Shown here: piece after piece, positions 48,208-57,749 of the stretch | Layout of the letters: every line of letters begins with the position of its first letter | Position numbering within the stretch: position 1 is the first letter of the stretch | Assembly: GCA_958296135.2 (NCBI GenBank) | Contig: CATQHZ020000001.1 | Coordinates: 864,001-928,000, forward strand | Reading direction: 5' to 3' | Source of the DNA: an uncultured Poribacteria bacterium | GTDB taxonomy: Bacteria > Poribacteria > WGA-4E > WGA-3G | DNA: 64,000 nucleotides | Notes under the pieces: model-generated | Database searches by the model: none | What the model was told of the DNA's origin: nothing | What the model saw: only the letters and a program-made list of their open reading frames with translations | Position numbers and translations under genes: made by a program

Positions 48208-49719
48208 ATGATAACTATTCCTGAATTCAACAGCCTCCACTACGGCGATAACCTTCACATTATGCGCCAGTGGCCGGACAATCTCGTGGACATTGTCTAC
48301 GCCGATCCGCCATTTAATTCCAAGCAGAAATATCATCAGCTTTACCGGTTGGATGAGGATAACAAAGGCACGCGGTCCGCATCCCTCAAAGCGTTTGATG
48401 ATTCGTGGTTTTGGACACCCGCCGCCCACCAACGCGTTGAGGAGCTCATCTCTATGTCCGCGCTCCCTATCCATAAAACGATTGAGGGGCTCTATACGAT
48501 GCTCGGCGATTGCGGACAGATGGCATACCTGAGTTACATGGCTCTCCGCATCCTTGAGATGCATCGGCTTCTCAAGGACACCGGCAGTCTCTATCTCCAC
48601 TGCGATATAACGACGAGCCACTACATCAAACCCGTTTTGGACAGCATCTTCGGGCCAAAGATGTTTCGGAACGAGATTATCTGGAACTACCATCGGTTTT
48701 CGCGAAACTCCAGTAAGCAGTTTGCGCGGATGAACGACACCATCTTCTTCTATTCAAAATCGGAAGATGGGAACACCTTTAATTTTCAGTATGCCGAACC
48801 TCGTGATGCTACCCGGTATCAGAAAGGATATACTACCGTGGTAGACAAAGGGGTAAAAAAGTTGTTGGTGTATGACATGGAGAAGGTGAAGCGGGCACGC
48901 ATTAATCTTGCGAAATACGATAAGGTTGTGCCGACGCAGGCGCAACGCCCGCTGATGGGGCAAGTCTGGAGTGATATTCCGATTCTGAATTCGCAATCGA
49001 AAGAGCGGCTCGGTTATGATACACAGAAGCCGCTCGCCTTGCTGGAGCGGATTATTCGTGCCTCCAGCAACGAAGGGGACATCGTGTTGGATCCGTTTTG
49101 TGGTTGCGGTACCACAATTGAGGCTGCGCGCAATCTCGGGCGGCAGTGGCTCGGCATCGATCTGAATCCGAGTGTGCTTGATGTCATCGTGAGTCAACGC
49201 CTCAAGGGGCATGAGGTGCCGATTATAGGTATCCCTGCGGATTTCGCTAGTGCGAGCCGCCTTGCAACCGATAACCGTCGCCATTTTGAGATATGGGCCC
49301 TCAATCTGATAGAAGGGCTCGCGCCGAATGAGACAGGGGGCGCAGATGGCGGTATTGATGGCAAGGGCAACCCGGTTGAAAGCCCGGGGGGTGATTACAA
49401 AAAACTCATCCTTGGGCAAGTGAAAAGCGGGAAGTATTCGCTGAGTCAGTTACGTGATTTCCTTGGCGTTGTGCAAAGTGAAACGGCGGTGATGGGCATC
49501 TATATCACGTTGGAGGCATTGACGCCGGTTGCGAAAAGAAACGCGGAGACGCTGCTGAGCAAGTTCGGCGAAGTCCAGATAGGCACGGATGTTTTTCCGC
49601 GCATCCAACTCTTTTCCGTAGAGGCGTATTTTCGGGAGGGGAAGCTTCCCCGGATGCCGCACATGAAGAATCCTTATACGGGGAGGCCTTATGAGCGAGT
49701 GCTTCCGTTGCTACTGTAA
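48208..49719 (+). CDS. Beta-class DNA methyltransferase fused to a C-terminal Mrr-like PD-(D/E)XK domain
   Basis: Motifs DPPFN, TQKP..LLERII and DPFCGCGTT, then DGGIDG...QVK.G. Confidence 0.88.
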   Translation: MITIPEFNSLHYGDNLHIMRQWPDNLVDIVYADPPFNSKQKYHQLYRLDEDNKGTRSASLKAFDDSWFWTPAAHQRVEELISMSALPIHKTIEGLYTMLGDCGQMAYLSYMALRILEMHRLLKDTGSLYLHCDITTSHYIKPVLDSIFGPKMFRNEIIWNYHRFSRNSSKQFARMNDTIFFYSKSEDGNTFNFQYAEPRDATRYQKGYTTVVDKGVKKLLVYDMEKVKRARINLAKYDKVVPTQAQRPLMGQVWSDIPILNSQSKERLGYDTQKPLALLERIIRASSNEGDIVLDPFCGCGTTIEAARNLGRQWLGIDLNPSVLDVIVSQRLKGHEVPIIGIPADFASASRLATDNRRHFEIWALNLIEGLAPNETGGADGGIDGKGNPVESPGGDYKKLILGQVKSGKYSLSQLRDFLGVVQSETAVMGIYITLEALTPVAKRNAETLLSKFGEVQIGTDVFPRIQLFSVEAYFREGKLPRMPHMKNPYTGRPYERVLPLLL

Positions 49720-49869
49720 GGGCGGGGATGTCTCTATCCGCCTTTATGCAAAAAAATACCCGTTTGTTTCCTATTAACTTTTTAACCTTGTCCATCTTGA
49801 TTCGGGCAGTTAGGGGCTTGACAAACGCGCGGGTAAATGTTATTTTAACAAAAAACGAGGGATAACGAC

Positions 49870-50457
49870 ATGGAAGAAATGGGACGCAATTCGCCGGCAC
49901 CCATCTTGCCATCATCACTGCCAACGCTGCTGACAGCGGAGGCTTTGTGGAAGCAGCCGGATGATGGGTATCGGTATGAACTCGTGAAAGGGGTCCTACG
50001 GAAAATGCCACCTGCAGGTTTTGAGCACGGTATCCGCGCCGCGGAAATTGGCGGCTTACTTCACGCGCACGTTAAAAAACATCAACTCGGCTATGTGTGT
50101 GGTGCCGAGACAGGTTTTAGGATTGCCCGGCATCCGGATACAGTGCGTGCTCCCGATGCCGCTTTCGTGCGTCGGGAATCAATTGCGCGGCAAGGAGTCG
50201 TCAAAGGCTATTGGGAGGGCGCACCAGCTCTCGCCGTAGAAGTCATTTCCCCTGGCGATACGTATGCCGAAGTTGCTGATAAGGTAGAAGAGTGGCTCGC
50301 CGGTTGCGCCATGGTGTGGATTATCAATCCACGCCGTGAGACAGTCGAGGTTTATCGCGCCGATGCGGCGTTCACCCTTTTGCGTGAGGCTGACATCCTT
50401 GAAGGTGGCGATGTTGTTGAGGGGTTTCGGTGTAGCGTCGGCGAGTTGTTTGCATGA
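49870..50457 (+). CDS. Uma2 family endonuclease
   Basis: Motifs YELV.G, R.PD.AF, P.LAVEV.SP.D and K..E.L.....VW.I.P. Confidence 0.9.
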   Translation: MEEMGRNSPAPILPSSLPTLLTAEALWKQPDDGYRYELVKGVLRKMPPAGFEHGIRAAEIGGLLHAHVKKHQLGYVCGAETGFRIARHPDTVRAPDAAFVRRESIARQGVVKGYWEGAPALAVEVISPGDTYAEVADKVEEWLAGCAMVWIINPRRETVEVYRADAAFTLLREADILEGGDVVEGFRCSVGELFA

Positions 50458-50559
50458 ATATCGTTCGGGCTCAGATGAAGAGTGAGAATTTAATCGTGTT
50501 ATTTCCGGCTCGGACAATCCCAAACGGCAGCGGGAACAATCCAAATATCAAAGGATACC

Positions 50560-50766
50560 ATGGACACACCTCTTGAAAACGAAACGTTGCGTATCTACAA
50601 AACCGAAGTTGCGGCGTTGCTTCAGCAAAACGAGAGATATCAGACGCTGGGTTCTGCGGAGTTTGATGCCGTAGTCCGCGCGTTTGAATTGACATTGACG
50701 AACGGCCGCGAGAAGGTGCGGGCGCAAATGCTTTACGACATGCTCCACGAACATCGGGATAACTAA
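50560..50766 (+). CDS. Small hypothetical protein (68 aa)
   Basis: AAGGA RBS; stop lies 1 nt before the SMC-like gene. Confidence 0.65.
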   Translation: MDTPLENETLRIYKTEVAALLQQNERYQTLGSAEFDAVVRAFELTLTNGREKVRAQMLYDMLHEHRDN

Positions 50767-50767
50767 C

Positions 50768-52624
50768 ATGCAGCTAGAGAAAATCATCCTCCGCGACTTC
50801 GGATGTTTTCAGGGCAACCGTGATTTTGAACTCACCGAGGGCATTAATCTCATTTTCGGGCCCAACTTTAGCGGGAAAAGCACGCTTGTCAATACCATCT
50901 TTTTTACGCTGACCGGCAGGCCGATTGTCCCGCGCGTGGAGACATCGGCGATTAGCCATCCGAATGCGCGAACTGGCACCGGCACCGCCGGGTTGCAATT
51001 CTCGGAGCACGGGAGTCAGTATCAACTTTTCCGCGGAACAGGAAAACGCATTCTGCTCCGCTCTCCGAGCGATGGCGGTTGGCAGATTCACTTTGACGAC
51101 AGCCGCGCCAGATTCGCCGCGTCCCAGTTGCAAGAACGGTTCGGCTTGTCACCTGAGCATCTCGCGCTCACGGCGTTTCTGCGCGAAGGCGAGATTTTTG
51201 AGTTCCTCGCGCGCCAGCCGGCAACCCGCCGCGATATTCTCTACGCGCTCCTCGGTATTGATAGGCTGATAGAGGTGCGCGAAAGGTTCATCGACGCGCG
51301 TCGCCTCGCTAAGCGGGAAGGGAACCGCATCCGTGGCCATCAAAATAGCCTCCGGCTCAAGGCGCAGAACCGCAACGAATCCGAAATCCAGAGGATTGAG
51401 GCGAAATTGAAGGAATGGGAGGCGGCATACGGCGCGGAGACAGGCAATGCGGAGTTAATCGCCGAGTGGATCCAGCACCGCGACCGGTTGCAAGCGCAAT
51501 TGGAGGAACTCACGCGCGAACAGGCGGAGATGCTGAGCGGTTTTGATGACATTAAGCAGATGCGCGAGATGAGCGCAAAGATCGAGACGGCCATTGCGGA
51601 ATCAACTGGGATAGAGGAAACGCGCGAAACTCTTATCCAGCAAATCGGCAGTCTGGAATCTCATATTGCGACGTTGACGACTGTCTGCAACACTCTCTGC
51701 GTACTCATTGACAGTGACGAAGGGCACTGCCCCACCTGTTATCAGAAGGTGGAGGCGGTAGTGGTGCAGCGCATCATTGCCGAGAAGGAGGCTGAAAAAT
51801 CGGAGTTGGGTGCCGAGTTGGCGGCGCAACAACAGCAGTTGGCAAAACAGACGGCTGAGCTGAAGAGCCGCCAGGCGTTGGAGCAGCGGCTCCAAACGAT
51901 GCAGGCGCGCGCGAATCGGTTTGAACAACTCGCGCGGGCACTCAGCGAAACGCAGGCGGAAATAGGCACACTGGCGGCTCGGTTAAAGGCGAGAGGTGTG
52001 GAGAATCGCGTGCAGGAGGACGCGCCTACCCGGCGGATAGATAAACGTCAATTGAAGACGCAAATTGACAACGAACGGCGGCGGCTTGACAGACTCAAGC
52101 AGGAAGAGGCGGTGCGCGTGGATAGGATGAACGAACTCCAGCGCGTCAACCGACAAGCCGACAACGCGGCACAGACGGTGCTCAGTCTCGAACTGGCTTG
52201 CGAGGGGATTGAGAAAACGATTGCAACCCTTCAGCGTCAAATTCTTCAGCCGGTTGAGGCAGAGCTGCAGGCGTGGCTGGAGCAGATGCAGCTGTTCGGC
52301 CGCACGCGTATTGACTTACAGAAACAACACCTGCTTCCCTCCCTCACGATAGACGGCGTGGATAGGAGTCTCATGTTGCTCAGCGGTAGCGAGAAGATGT
52401 TCCTCTATCTCTGCTTCAAGGTTGCGCTTTCCAAGGTGTTGGGCAACCCTGGATTCTTTGTGTTCGATGATCCGACGCTCCATTTAGACGGTGAGCGGAA
52501 GGCGTTGATGGTAGATTTCGTTCGGCAGCTTGCCGAAGAGCATCAGGTTATCGTGACGAGTTATGACGAAGCGGTGCGCGCCGGTTTGGAGGGCGCGAAC
52601 CTCATTGAAATGCACGCTTTGTAG
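50768..52624 (+). CDS. SbcC/Rad50-like SMC ATPase
   Basis: Walker A GPNFSGKST, coiled coils, CPTC hook, LSGSE signature, FDDPT..LD. Confidence 0.85.
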   Translation: MQLEKIILRDFGCFQGNRDFELTEGINLIFGPNFSGKSTLVNTIFFTLTGRPIVPRVETSAISHPNARTGTGTAGLQFSEHGSQYQLFRGTGKRILLRSPSDGGWQIHFDDSRARFAASQLQERFGLSPEHLALTAFLREGEIFEFLARQPATRRDILYALLGIDRLIEVRERFIDARRLAKREGNRIRGHQNSLRLKAQNRNESEIQRIEAKLKEWEAAYGAETGNAELIAEWIQHRDRLQAQLEELTREQAEMLSGFDDIKQMREMSAKIETAIAESTGIEETRETLIQQIGSLESHIATLTTVCNTLCVLIDSDEGHCPTCYQKVEAVVVQRIIAEKEAEKSELGAELAAQQQQLAKQTAELKSRQALEQRLQTMQARANRFEQLARALSETQAEIGTLAARLKARGVENRVQEDAPTRRIDKRQLKTQIDNERRRLDRLKQEEAVRVDRMNELQRVNRQADNAAQTVLSLELACEGIEKTIATLQRQILQPVEAELQAWLEQMQLFGRTRIDLQKQHLLPSLTIDGVDRSLMLLSGSEKMFLYLCFKVALSKVLGNPGFFVFDDPTLHLDGERKALMVDFVRQLAEEHQVIVTSYDEAVRAGLEGANLIEMHAL

Positions 52625-52646
52625 CACACAGGTGTAAGGGCGGGCC

Positions 52647-52674
52647 GGTAGGCGCGGTTTCAAACCGCGCCTAC
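52647..52674. terminator. Family E perfect palindrome between convergent genes
   Basis: GGTAGGCGCGGTTTCAAACCGCGCCTACC. Confidence 0.65.
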
Positions 52675-52709
52675 CGAGGAAGGCACCGAGCCTCCAATAC
52701 GCCGCTTCT

Positions 52710-53645
52710 CTAATCACCGTGGAAGATGGAGAGCAGCATCCGTTCGACATGCCTTGGGAAGGACGTGTCATAATTTTGCCAGCTCGCGTACTGATCCAGT
52801 TTCAGCGTGTCTGGCAGTGTATCCACCAACCCGAATACCGCGAAGAAACCCTGCTGTGCTATTGCCTCGTTCATGGCGGCAAACGTCGCGTCATACAAAT
52901 CGTTGTAATACTGCGCGTTGTCGTAAAGCACCTGCGGGTCTGTTGAGACAGAGTGCGCGTTCACGGCATGCACCAGATCCCACTCGCTGATAGTGTTCAG
53001 AATATAGCGAACGCCGGTGAAATTCTTATCGTCAACCCAATTCTCGTGCGTCAGTTGCTTATCCTCGTACATATCGGCAGTTACCGCGATTTTTTCGTTG
53101 GGTAGATAGATAATGGTAGTCGCTTCGCCGTCACCGGGGCCTAAGTGGTGCAGTTCCACGGTTTTATCGCCGACAGGAATGCTCATGAGGTCGGTGAAGG
53201 TTTCGTCCAGTTCCGGCACATCGATCAAATCCGACAGCGCGAAAATAGGCAGGCAGTTGACATGTCCGTAGACTGTCGCTTCTGGGAATATGCCTGTGCC
53301 GCCGACGTGGTCATAGTGCTCATGCGTCAGCACAATGTCGGTAACCGGATTCTCGGTGAGCGTTGCGATATAGGCGGCTAGTTTTTGCGCCCGGCCGTCA
53401 TTTTGCGGATCGGTGATGAGCACATCCTGGCCGGAAATCACCACCAAGCTGCTGCCAAAATCACCGAACCACTGATACACACCGTCGGCGAGTTCTTTGG
53501 TAATTGCGTCAGAGCCTGCCGGTGCCTCTTCCGCGGTAGCCTGCGCCATCATTGTTTCCGGGGCCCGACTGCAACCGCTGAAAGCGATAACAGTTAGCAG
53601 GATACTAAAAAGGGCTAAACTCAGCCCTACGTTAAACTTTTTCAT
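52710..53645 (-). CDS. MBL-fold metallo-hydrolase lipoprotein
   Basis: Lipobox FSGC; THEHYDHVGG. Confidence 0.85.
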   Translation of the reverse strand: MKKFNVGLSLALFSILLTVIAFSGCSRAPETMMAQATAEEAPAGSDAITKELADGVYQWFGDFGSSLVVISGQDVLITDPQNDGRAQKLAAYIATLTENPVTDIVLTHEHYDHVGGTGIFPEATVYGHVNCLPIFALSDLIDVPELDETFTDLMSIPVGDKTVELHHLGPGDGEATTIIYLPNEKIAVTADMYEDKQLTHENWVDDKNFTGVRYILNTISEWDLVHAVNAHSVSTDPQVLYDNAQYYNDLYDATFAAMNEAIAQQGFFAVFGLVDTLPDTLKLDQYASWQNYDTSFPRHVERMLLSIFHGD

Positions 53646-53652
53646 TTGTCAA

Positions 53653-53856
53653 TTTCCTTTCTTTAGACAGTGGAGGGACGCAGCACGTTTGGCGTTTGCG
53701 TCCGTCCTAGACATATAGATAGGGCTCCAACCCTGAAGAGATTGCGAGGAGAAGCCGGGATAACCTATGAACGGCTAGTCTCGCCTCTTCTGGAATTTCA
53801 AGCCCTGTTTGTTACTCCATCTTATTATTATACACAAAATGTGAATTTAATGTCAA
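53653..53856 (-). promoter_or_regulatory. Promoter plus structured 5' leader of about 175 nt
   Basis: TTGACA-N18-TATAAT (53856-53827); nested stems at 53721-53806 and a hairpin at 53676-53703. Confidence 0.6.
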
Positions 53857-53916
53857 GTTTTTTAAATTGTGAAATTGATTTGGTTAGTTCAGCCCGCTGT
53901 TTCTTACGGTGCCATG

Positions 53917-53995
53917 TTCGCGGGGGACGGTAGACATCTCTGCAGCGAGGCGGCAGAGATGACAAAGTTTCGGCGTAACGGCCCCCGCGCTACGG
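53917..53995. repeat. Family A REP with the CATCTCTGC loop insert
   Basis: Same insert as the copies at 5975, 12943, 19138 and 23824. Confidence 0.88.
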
Positions 53996-54039
53996 TGATA
54001 AGCGAGTTCTTGAAATTTTAGATGAGGATTAGAAATTTG

Positions 54040-55629
54040 ATGAACGTTACGCCGCAAGTCAACACCTTCTACTACGGCGACTGCTTGGAAGTCATGCGTG
54101 GCTGGGGTGACAGTGGGGTAGACGTGGTCTGTCTGGATCCGCCGTTTAACTCCAACGCTGACTATAACATCATCTACGGCACGCACGGCGCGGGCACTCG
54201 CACGGCGCAGGTGCAGGCGTTTACGGATACGTGGGCATGGGATGAAGCCGCCATCTCGCGTGTGAACGACATTGAACTTGATGTGGCCCATCCGGCGCAC
54301 AGGGCCGTTATGGTTTTAAAAGCGGCACTGGGCGAATCGGGGATGCTCGCCTATACTAGTTATATGGCGGAACGCCTCGCCGAGATGCACCGGCTCCTGA
54401 AACCGACGGGTACTCTCTGGTTACACTGCGATGCGACAGCGAGCCACTATCTGAAAATCGCGCTCGATCTCCTGTTTGGCGCGCAGAATTTCTGCAACGA
54501 GATTATGTGGCAGAAGACGAACTCGCCGAAACCGCAGGCATCTGTCTTCGGCGTGCAAAAGGATACGATTTTTCTTTATGCCAAAGATGCGGCGCAGATG
54601 AAGTTTAACAACGTCTATCGCGCGCACGATGAGAAAGCGTTGAAATCCTATCGTTACGATGATAATGATGGCAGGGGACTTTACTGCACGGTTTCGATTG
54701 AGGCGTATGGCCTGCAAAGGGCTGCCGGGCGGAATCAGTTTGAGTTTAAGGGGCGCGTCGCGCCTTATCTCTACAGTCTGGAACGCTTGCAAGCATGGGA
54801 TGCAGATGGGCGCATCCACACCTCGCGGAATGGGTTGCATCGTAGGAAGCAATACTTAAGTGAAAGTCCGGGCATCGTCGTGTCCGATATTTGGACTGAC
54901 AGCGATGTCAACCCTATTCAGGGGAAAGAGAGGTTGTATCCGACGCAGAAACCGTTAGCGTTACTGGAGCGCATCATTAGGGCATCGACGGATGAGGGAG
55001 ATATTGTGCTGGATCCGTTTTGTGGTTGCGGCACGACAATCGTCGCCGCGCACAAACTTAACCGGAAGTGGCTCGGGATAGATATTTCGCCGTTTGTGGT
55101 TGACATTATTGAGACGCATCGGTTCGGCGGCATGAAGTTGAACACCGCTGGCCTTCCTACTGACATGGAGAGCGCGAAGAAGTTCGCGCGCGAGCAACCG
55201 TTCCATTTTGAGGCATGGGCAGTGACACGCGTGCCGGGGCTCGCCGCCAACCAAACCCGGGGCGGCGACGGCGGCATTGATGGGCGTGGGATGCTTGTCA
55301 CGAAACCGGACGGTGCTGCGTCCGATGTTGTCTTGGCTCAGGTGAAAGGGGGCCGATTCCACTTGAGTCATCTTCGAGAATTCTTGTGGTTGATGGAACG
55401 CGAGCAGGCCCTCCTCGGCGTTTTTATCACGTTAGAGCCGGTCACGTCATCTCAAGCGAAATCGGAGGTAGCGCGGCTTGGGGAGTTAACTATTGACGCG
55501 TCGGTGTATCCGCGCGTGCAATCCTGGTCTGTCTGCGATTATTTTGATGGCCGTTTCCCGCGGCTGCCGCCGATGAACGATGCGTATACGGGTAAGCCGC
55601 TGCAGACAGTGCTGCCGCTGGGGTTGTAA
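54040..55629 (+). CDS. Beta-class DNA methyltransferase with Mrr-like domain, paralog of 48208-49719
   Basis: Motifs DPPFN, YPTQKP, DPFCGCGTT and DGGIDG...AQVKGG. Confidence 0.88.
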   Translation: MNVTPQVNTFYYGDCLEVMRGWGDSGVDVVCLDPPFNSNADYNIIYGTHGAGTRTAQVQAFTDTWAWDEAAISRVNDIELDVAHPAHRAVMVLKAALGESGMLAYTSYMAERLAEMHRLLKPTGTLWLHCDATASHYLKIALDLLFGAQNFCNEIMWQKTNSPKPQASVFGVQKDTIFLYAKDAAQMKFNNVYRAHDEKALKSYRYDDNDGRGLYCTVSIEAYGLQRAAGRNQFEFKGRVAPYLYSLERLQAWDADGRIHTSRNGLHRRKQYLSESPGIVVSDIWTDSDVNPIQGKERLYPTQKPLALLERIIRASTDEGDIVLDPFCGCGTTIVAAHKLNRKWLGIDISPFVVDIIETHRFGGMKLNTAGLPTDMESAKKFAREQPFHFEAWAVTRVPGLAANQTRGGDGGIDGRGMLVTKPDGAASDVVLAQVKGGRFHLSHLREFLWLMEREQALLGVFITLEPVTSSQAKSEVARLGELTIDASVYPRVQSWSVCDYFDGRFPRLPPMNDAYTGKPLQTVLPLGL

Positions 55630-55657
55630 AGACTCTATTGGAAAGGAAGTGATTCGT

Positions 55658-55828
55658 ATGAGTAAGAATGACATAAGTCGGGACAAGCAGAGCAAATCAA
55701 GTGCCGAGAAACGGGCGGCTTACTATCGCCGGCGCGAGGCCGAAGCCAAGGCAAATGAAGAGAAAATCGCTCGGATAATTGCTGAAATAGAAGCCCGCAG
55801 ACGCGCATTGAAGGCTCAGCAAGAATAA
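55658..55828 (+). CDS. Small charged helical protein (56 aa)
   Basis: AAGGAAG RBS before ATG 55658. Confidence 0.5.
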   Translation: MSKNDISRDKQSKSSAEKRAAYYRRREAEAKANEEKIARIIAEIEARRRALKAQQE

Positions 55829-55836
55829 ACCGCCCG

Positions 55837-57255
55837 CTAAAACCGTTTCAGGTAAATATCCCCATTATCCCGCTGGGTGTTACTCCAGACGACAGCCCAA
55901 TGGCTGTCCCCGACGGAGACGACAAACGGCGGGTAATGCTTGCCCTCGCGGGTGGAGATAGGCTGCCCGTTCTCTTCCCACAGCGTGTTGCCATCTATGT
56001 CGATTTGCTGTCCGTAGATGGCATCGCTGCTCTCTTCGCCGAAGTCCTCGCGGTAATCGAGCCACGCGATGAAGAACCGATTCTCTGCCGTGCGCACGAT
56101 GAACGGCTTGTCCTGATGCCCACCGGCGGTGCAGAGAGGCGTGCCATTTTTCTCCCAAACAGCTGTTCCATCTGCACGGATGCGCTGCATATAAAGGTCT
56201 GCATAGACATCGCGTTCGTCGCGCCAAACGGCGAGGAAGCCGCCACTTCCATCACTGACGACAGAGGCATGCTTCTGAATTCCCGGTGCGGTGCATAAAG
56301 CGATGCCGTTTTCGCCCCATAACTTGCTACCGTCGGGTGCAATGCGCTGCGCGTAGAGTTCGTCGTTAATGAAATTTTCATACACTTGCCAGAGGACGAT
56401 AATCCCGCCGTCGCCATCGGTAATCACGCGCGGTTCACCTTGTATCCCTTCTTGTGGAGAGACAAGGTGCGGTGTATCCCACAGCGGTTTTCCGTCAAAA
56501 CTGAGTCGATACGCCATGATGTGCCAGGCATCGTATCCGATAACGTCCCACCACACGACATAAAAGCCGTCCATCCCATCAGCGATGAGAATCGGATCGC
56601 TTTGAAGTGATTCTGAGGGAAAGACAGGGATACCGTCAGTCTCCCACATCGGTTGCCCTGTTGGGCTAATCCGTTGAATGTAGAGCTCTTGGAATTCGGA
56701 GCTCTGTCGTTCATCTTCCCAAACGCAGATTGCTCCGCCTTGTCCATCGCTCAGTATTGCCTGCGTGGACTGGTCTGCAGCGTTCGTGCAGACAGGGATG
56801 CCATCGGTTTGCCACAGTCTTTCTCCTGCGAGGTTGACTGCTTGCGCGTAGATGTCCCAGCTCGTCCGGTTGCGTCTGTCATTCCAGACGACAATTGCGT
56901 GTGTGTCATGCCGAATGGTTCGCAAGCGTCGTTGGTTTCTATCTGCGCGACAGAGGGGTGTGCCATCGGCTTTCCAGATTGCGGTGCCGGTGTTATCGAT
57001 GCGCTGTGCGTAAACGTCCCAGTCCTTGCCGGTGCGGTAGTCTTCCCATATCACGATAACGCCGCCGTCGCCATCGTCGACTACCCACGGCAAGAACTGC
57101 CCATCCACCGCGGTTGAAACGGCGATGTTGGCATCCTCGGCTGGTGCAGAAATGCATAGGCAAAGCATGGCTATGGATAAAATGGGCGCGGCGCGGCGCA
57201 GCCAGGGCCGCCAGGGCCGCCAGGGCCGCCAGAGGTGCGCGAGTTTTCCACTCAT
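55837..57255 (-). CDS. Secreted repeat protein (about 55-aa DG.GG..V.W.D.R...DIYAQR...G...W units), probable beta-propeller
   Basis: Seven to eight repeats visible; signal peptide; ATG 57255 overlaps the sixA stop codon. Confidence 0.8.
   Translation of the reverse strand: MSGKLAHLWRPWRPWRPWLRRAAPILSIAMLCLCISAPAEDANIAVSTAVDGQFLPWVVDDGDGGVIVIWEDYRTGKDWDVYAQRIDNTGTAIWKADGTPLCRADRNQRRLRTIRHDTHAIVVWNDRRNRTSWDIYAQAVNLAGERLWQTDGIPVCTNAADQSTQAILSDGQGGAICVWEDERQSSEFQELYIQRISPTGQPMWETDGIPVFPSESLQSDPILIADGMDGFYVVWWDVIGYDAWHIMAYRLSFDGKPLWDTPHLVSPQEGIQGEPRVITDGDGGIIVLWQVYENFINDELYAQRIAPDGSKLWGENGIALCTAPGIQKHASVVSDGSGGFLAVWRDERDVYADLYMQRIRADGTAVWEKNGTPLCTAGGHQDKPFIVRTAENRFFIAWLDYREDFGEESSDAIYGQQIDIDGNTLWEENGQPISTREGKHYPPFVVSVGDSHWAVVWSNTQRDNGDIYLKRF
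57201..57233. repeat. 9-bp tandem repeat (GCCAGGGCC x3 plus a partial copy)
   Basis: Encodes WRPWRPWRPW in the N-region of the signal peptide. Confidence 0.85.
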
Positions 57256-57749
57256 TCGGGGAACAGCGTTTTGGGTGTCCATAAGTTTACCAATGTTCCC
57301 ACCCTATCGTGGAGTTGTTCCCACTTTTCGATAGGGAACTCAAGGTGGGCGATTGCCGCGGTAGACAGTTTTCTATATTTCTCTACCGCTAACAGCAGGA
57401 ACACTTCCAGGTGCGGGGCATGCCCGATGACAAGGACGCGTTGATACTTGTTCGGCAGTGCCTCCAAGATTTTATCGTAAACCCTTGGATGTTCGTCATA
57501 AAACATATACACCAGTTCGGGTTCTCCGTCATAGTGACATGCTTTCGCGACTTCATAGGCGGTGTCTCTGGCGCGCTTCGCCGATGAACTGAGGATGAGA
57601 TCGGGCGTTAACCCTTGTTGGTGCAGGTGTTCGCCCATCCGCGGCGCATCACGCCACCCACGTTTGTTGAGCGGCCGCTCATAGTCTGAAAGTTCTGGAT
57701 TATCCCAGCTGGACTTAGCGTGCCGCATTATCAGAAGCGTTTTCATCAT
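57252..57749 (-). CDS. sixA: SixA-like phosphohistidine phosphatase
   Basis: Motifs MRHAKSSW, D.ERPL..RG, SS.A.RA..T and GH.P. Confidence 0.85.
   Translation of the reverse strand: MMKTLLIMRHAKSSWDNPELSDYERPLNKRGWRDAPRMGEHLHQQGLTPDLILSSSAKRARDTAYEVAKACHYDGEPELVYMFYDEHPRVYDKILEALPNKYQRVLVIGHAPHLEVFLLLAVEKYRKLSTAAIAHLEFPIEKWEQLHDRVGTLVNLWTPKTLFPE

Noticed and set aside
53721-53806. 6S RNA or SRP RNA
   Set aside because: The stem is only about 86 nt, too short for 6S, and lacks the SRP GGAA tetraloop and CAGG/AGCA motif. It is kept only as an unassigned leader.
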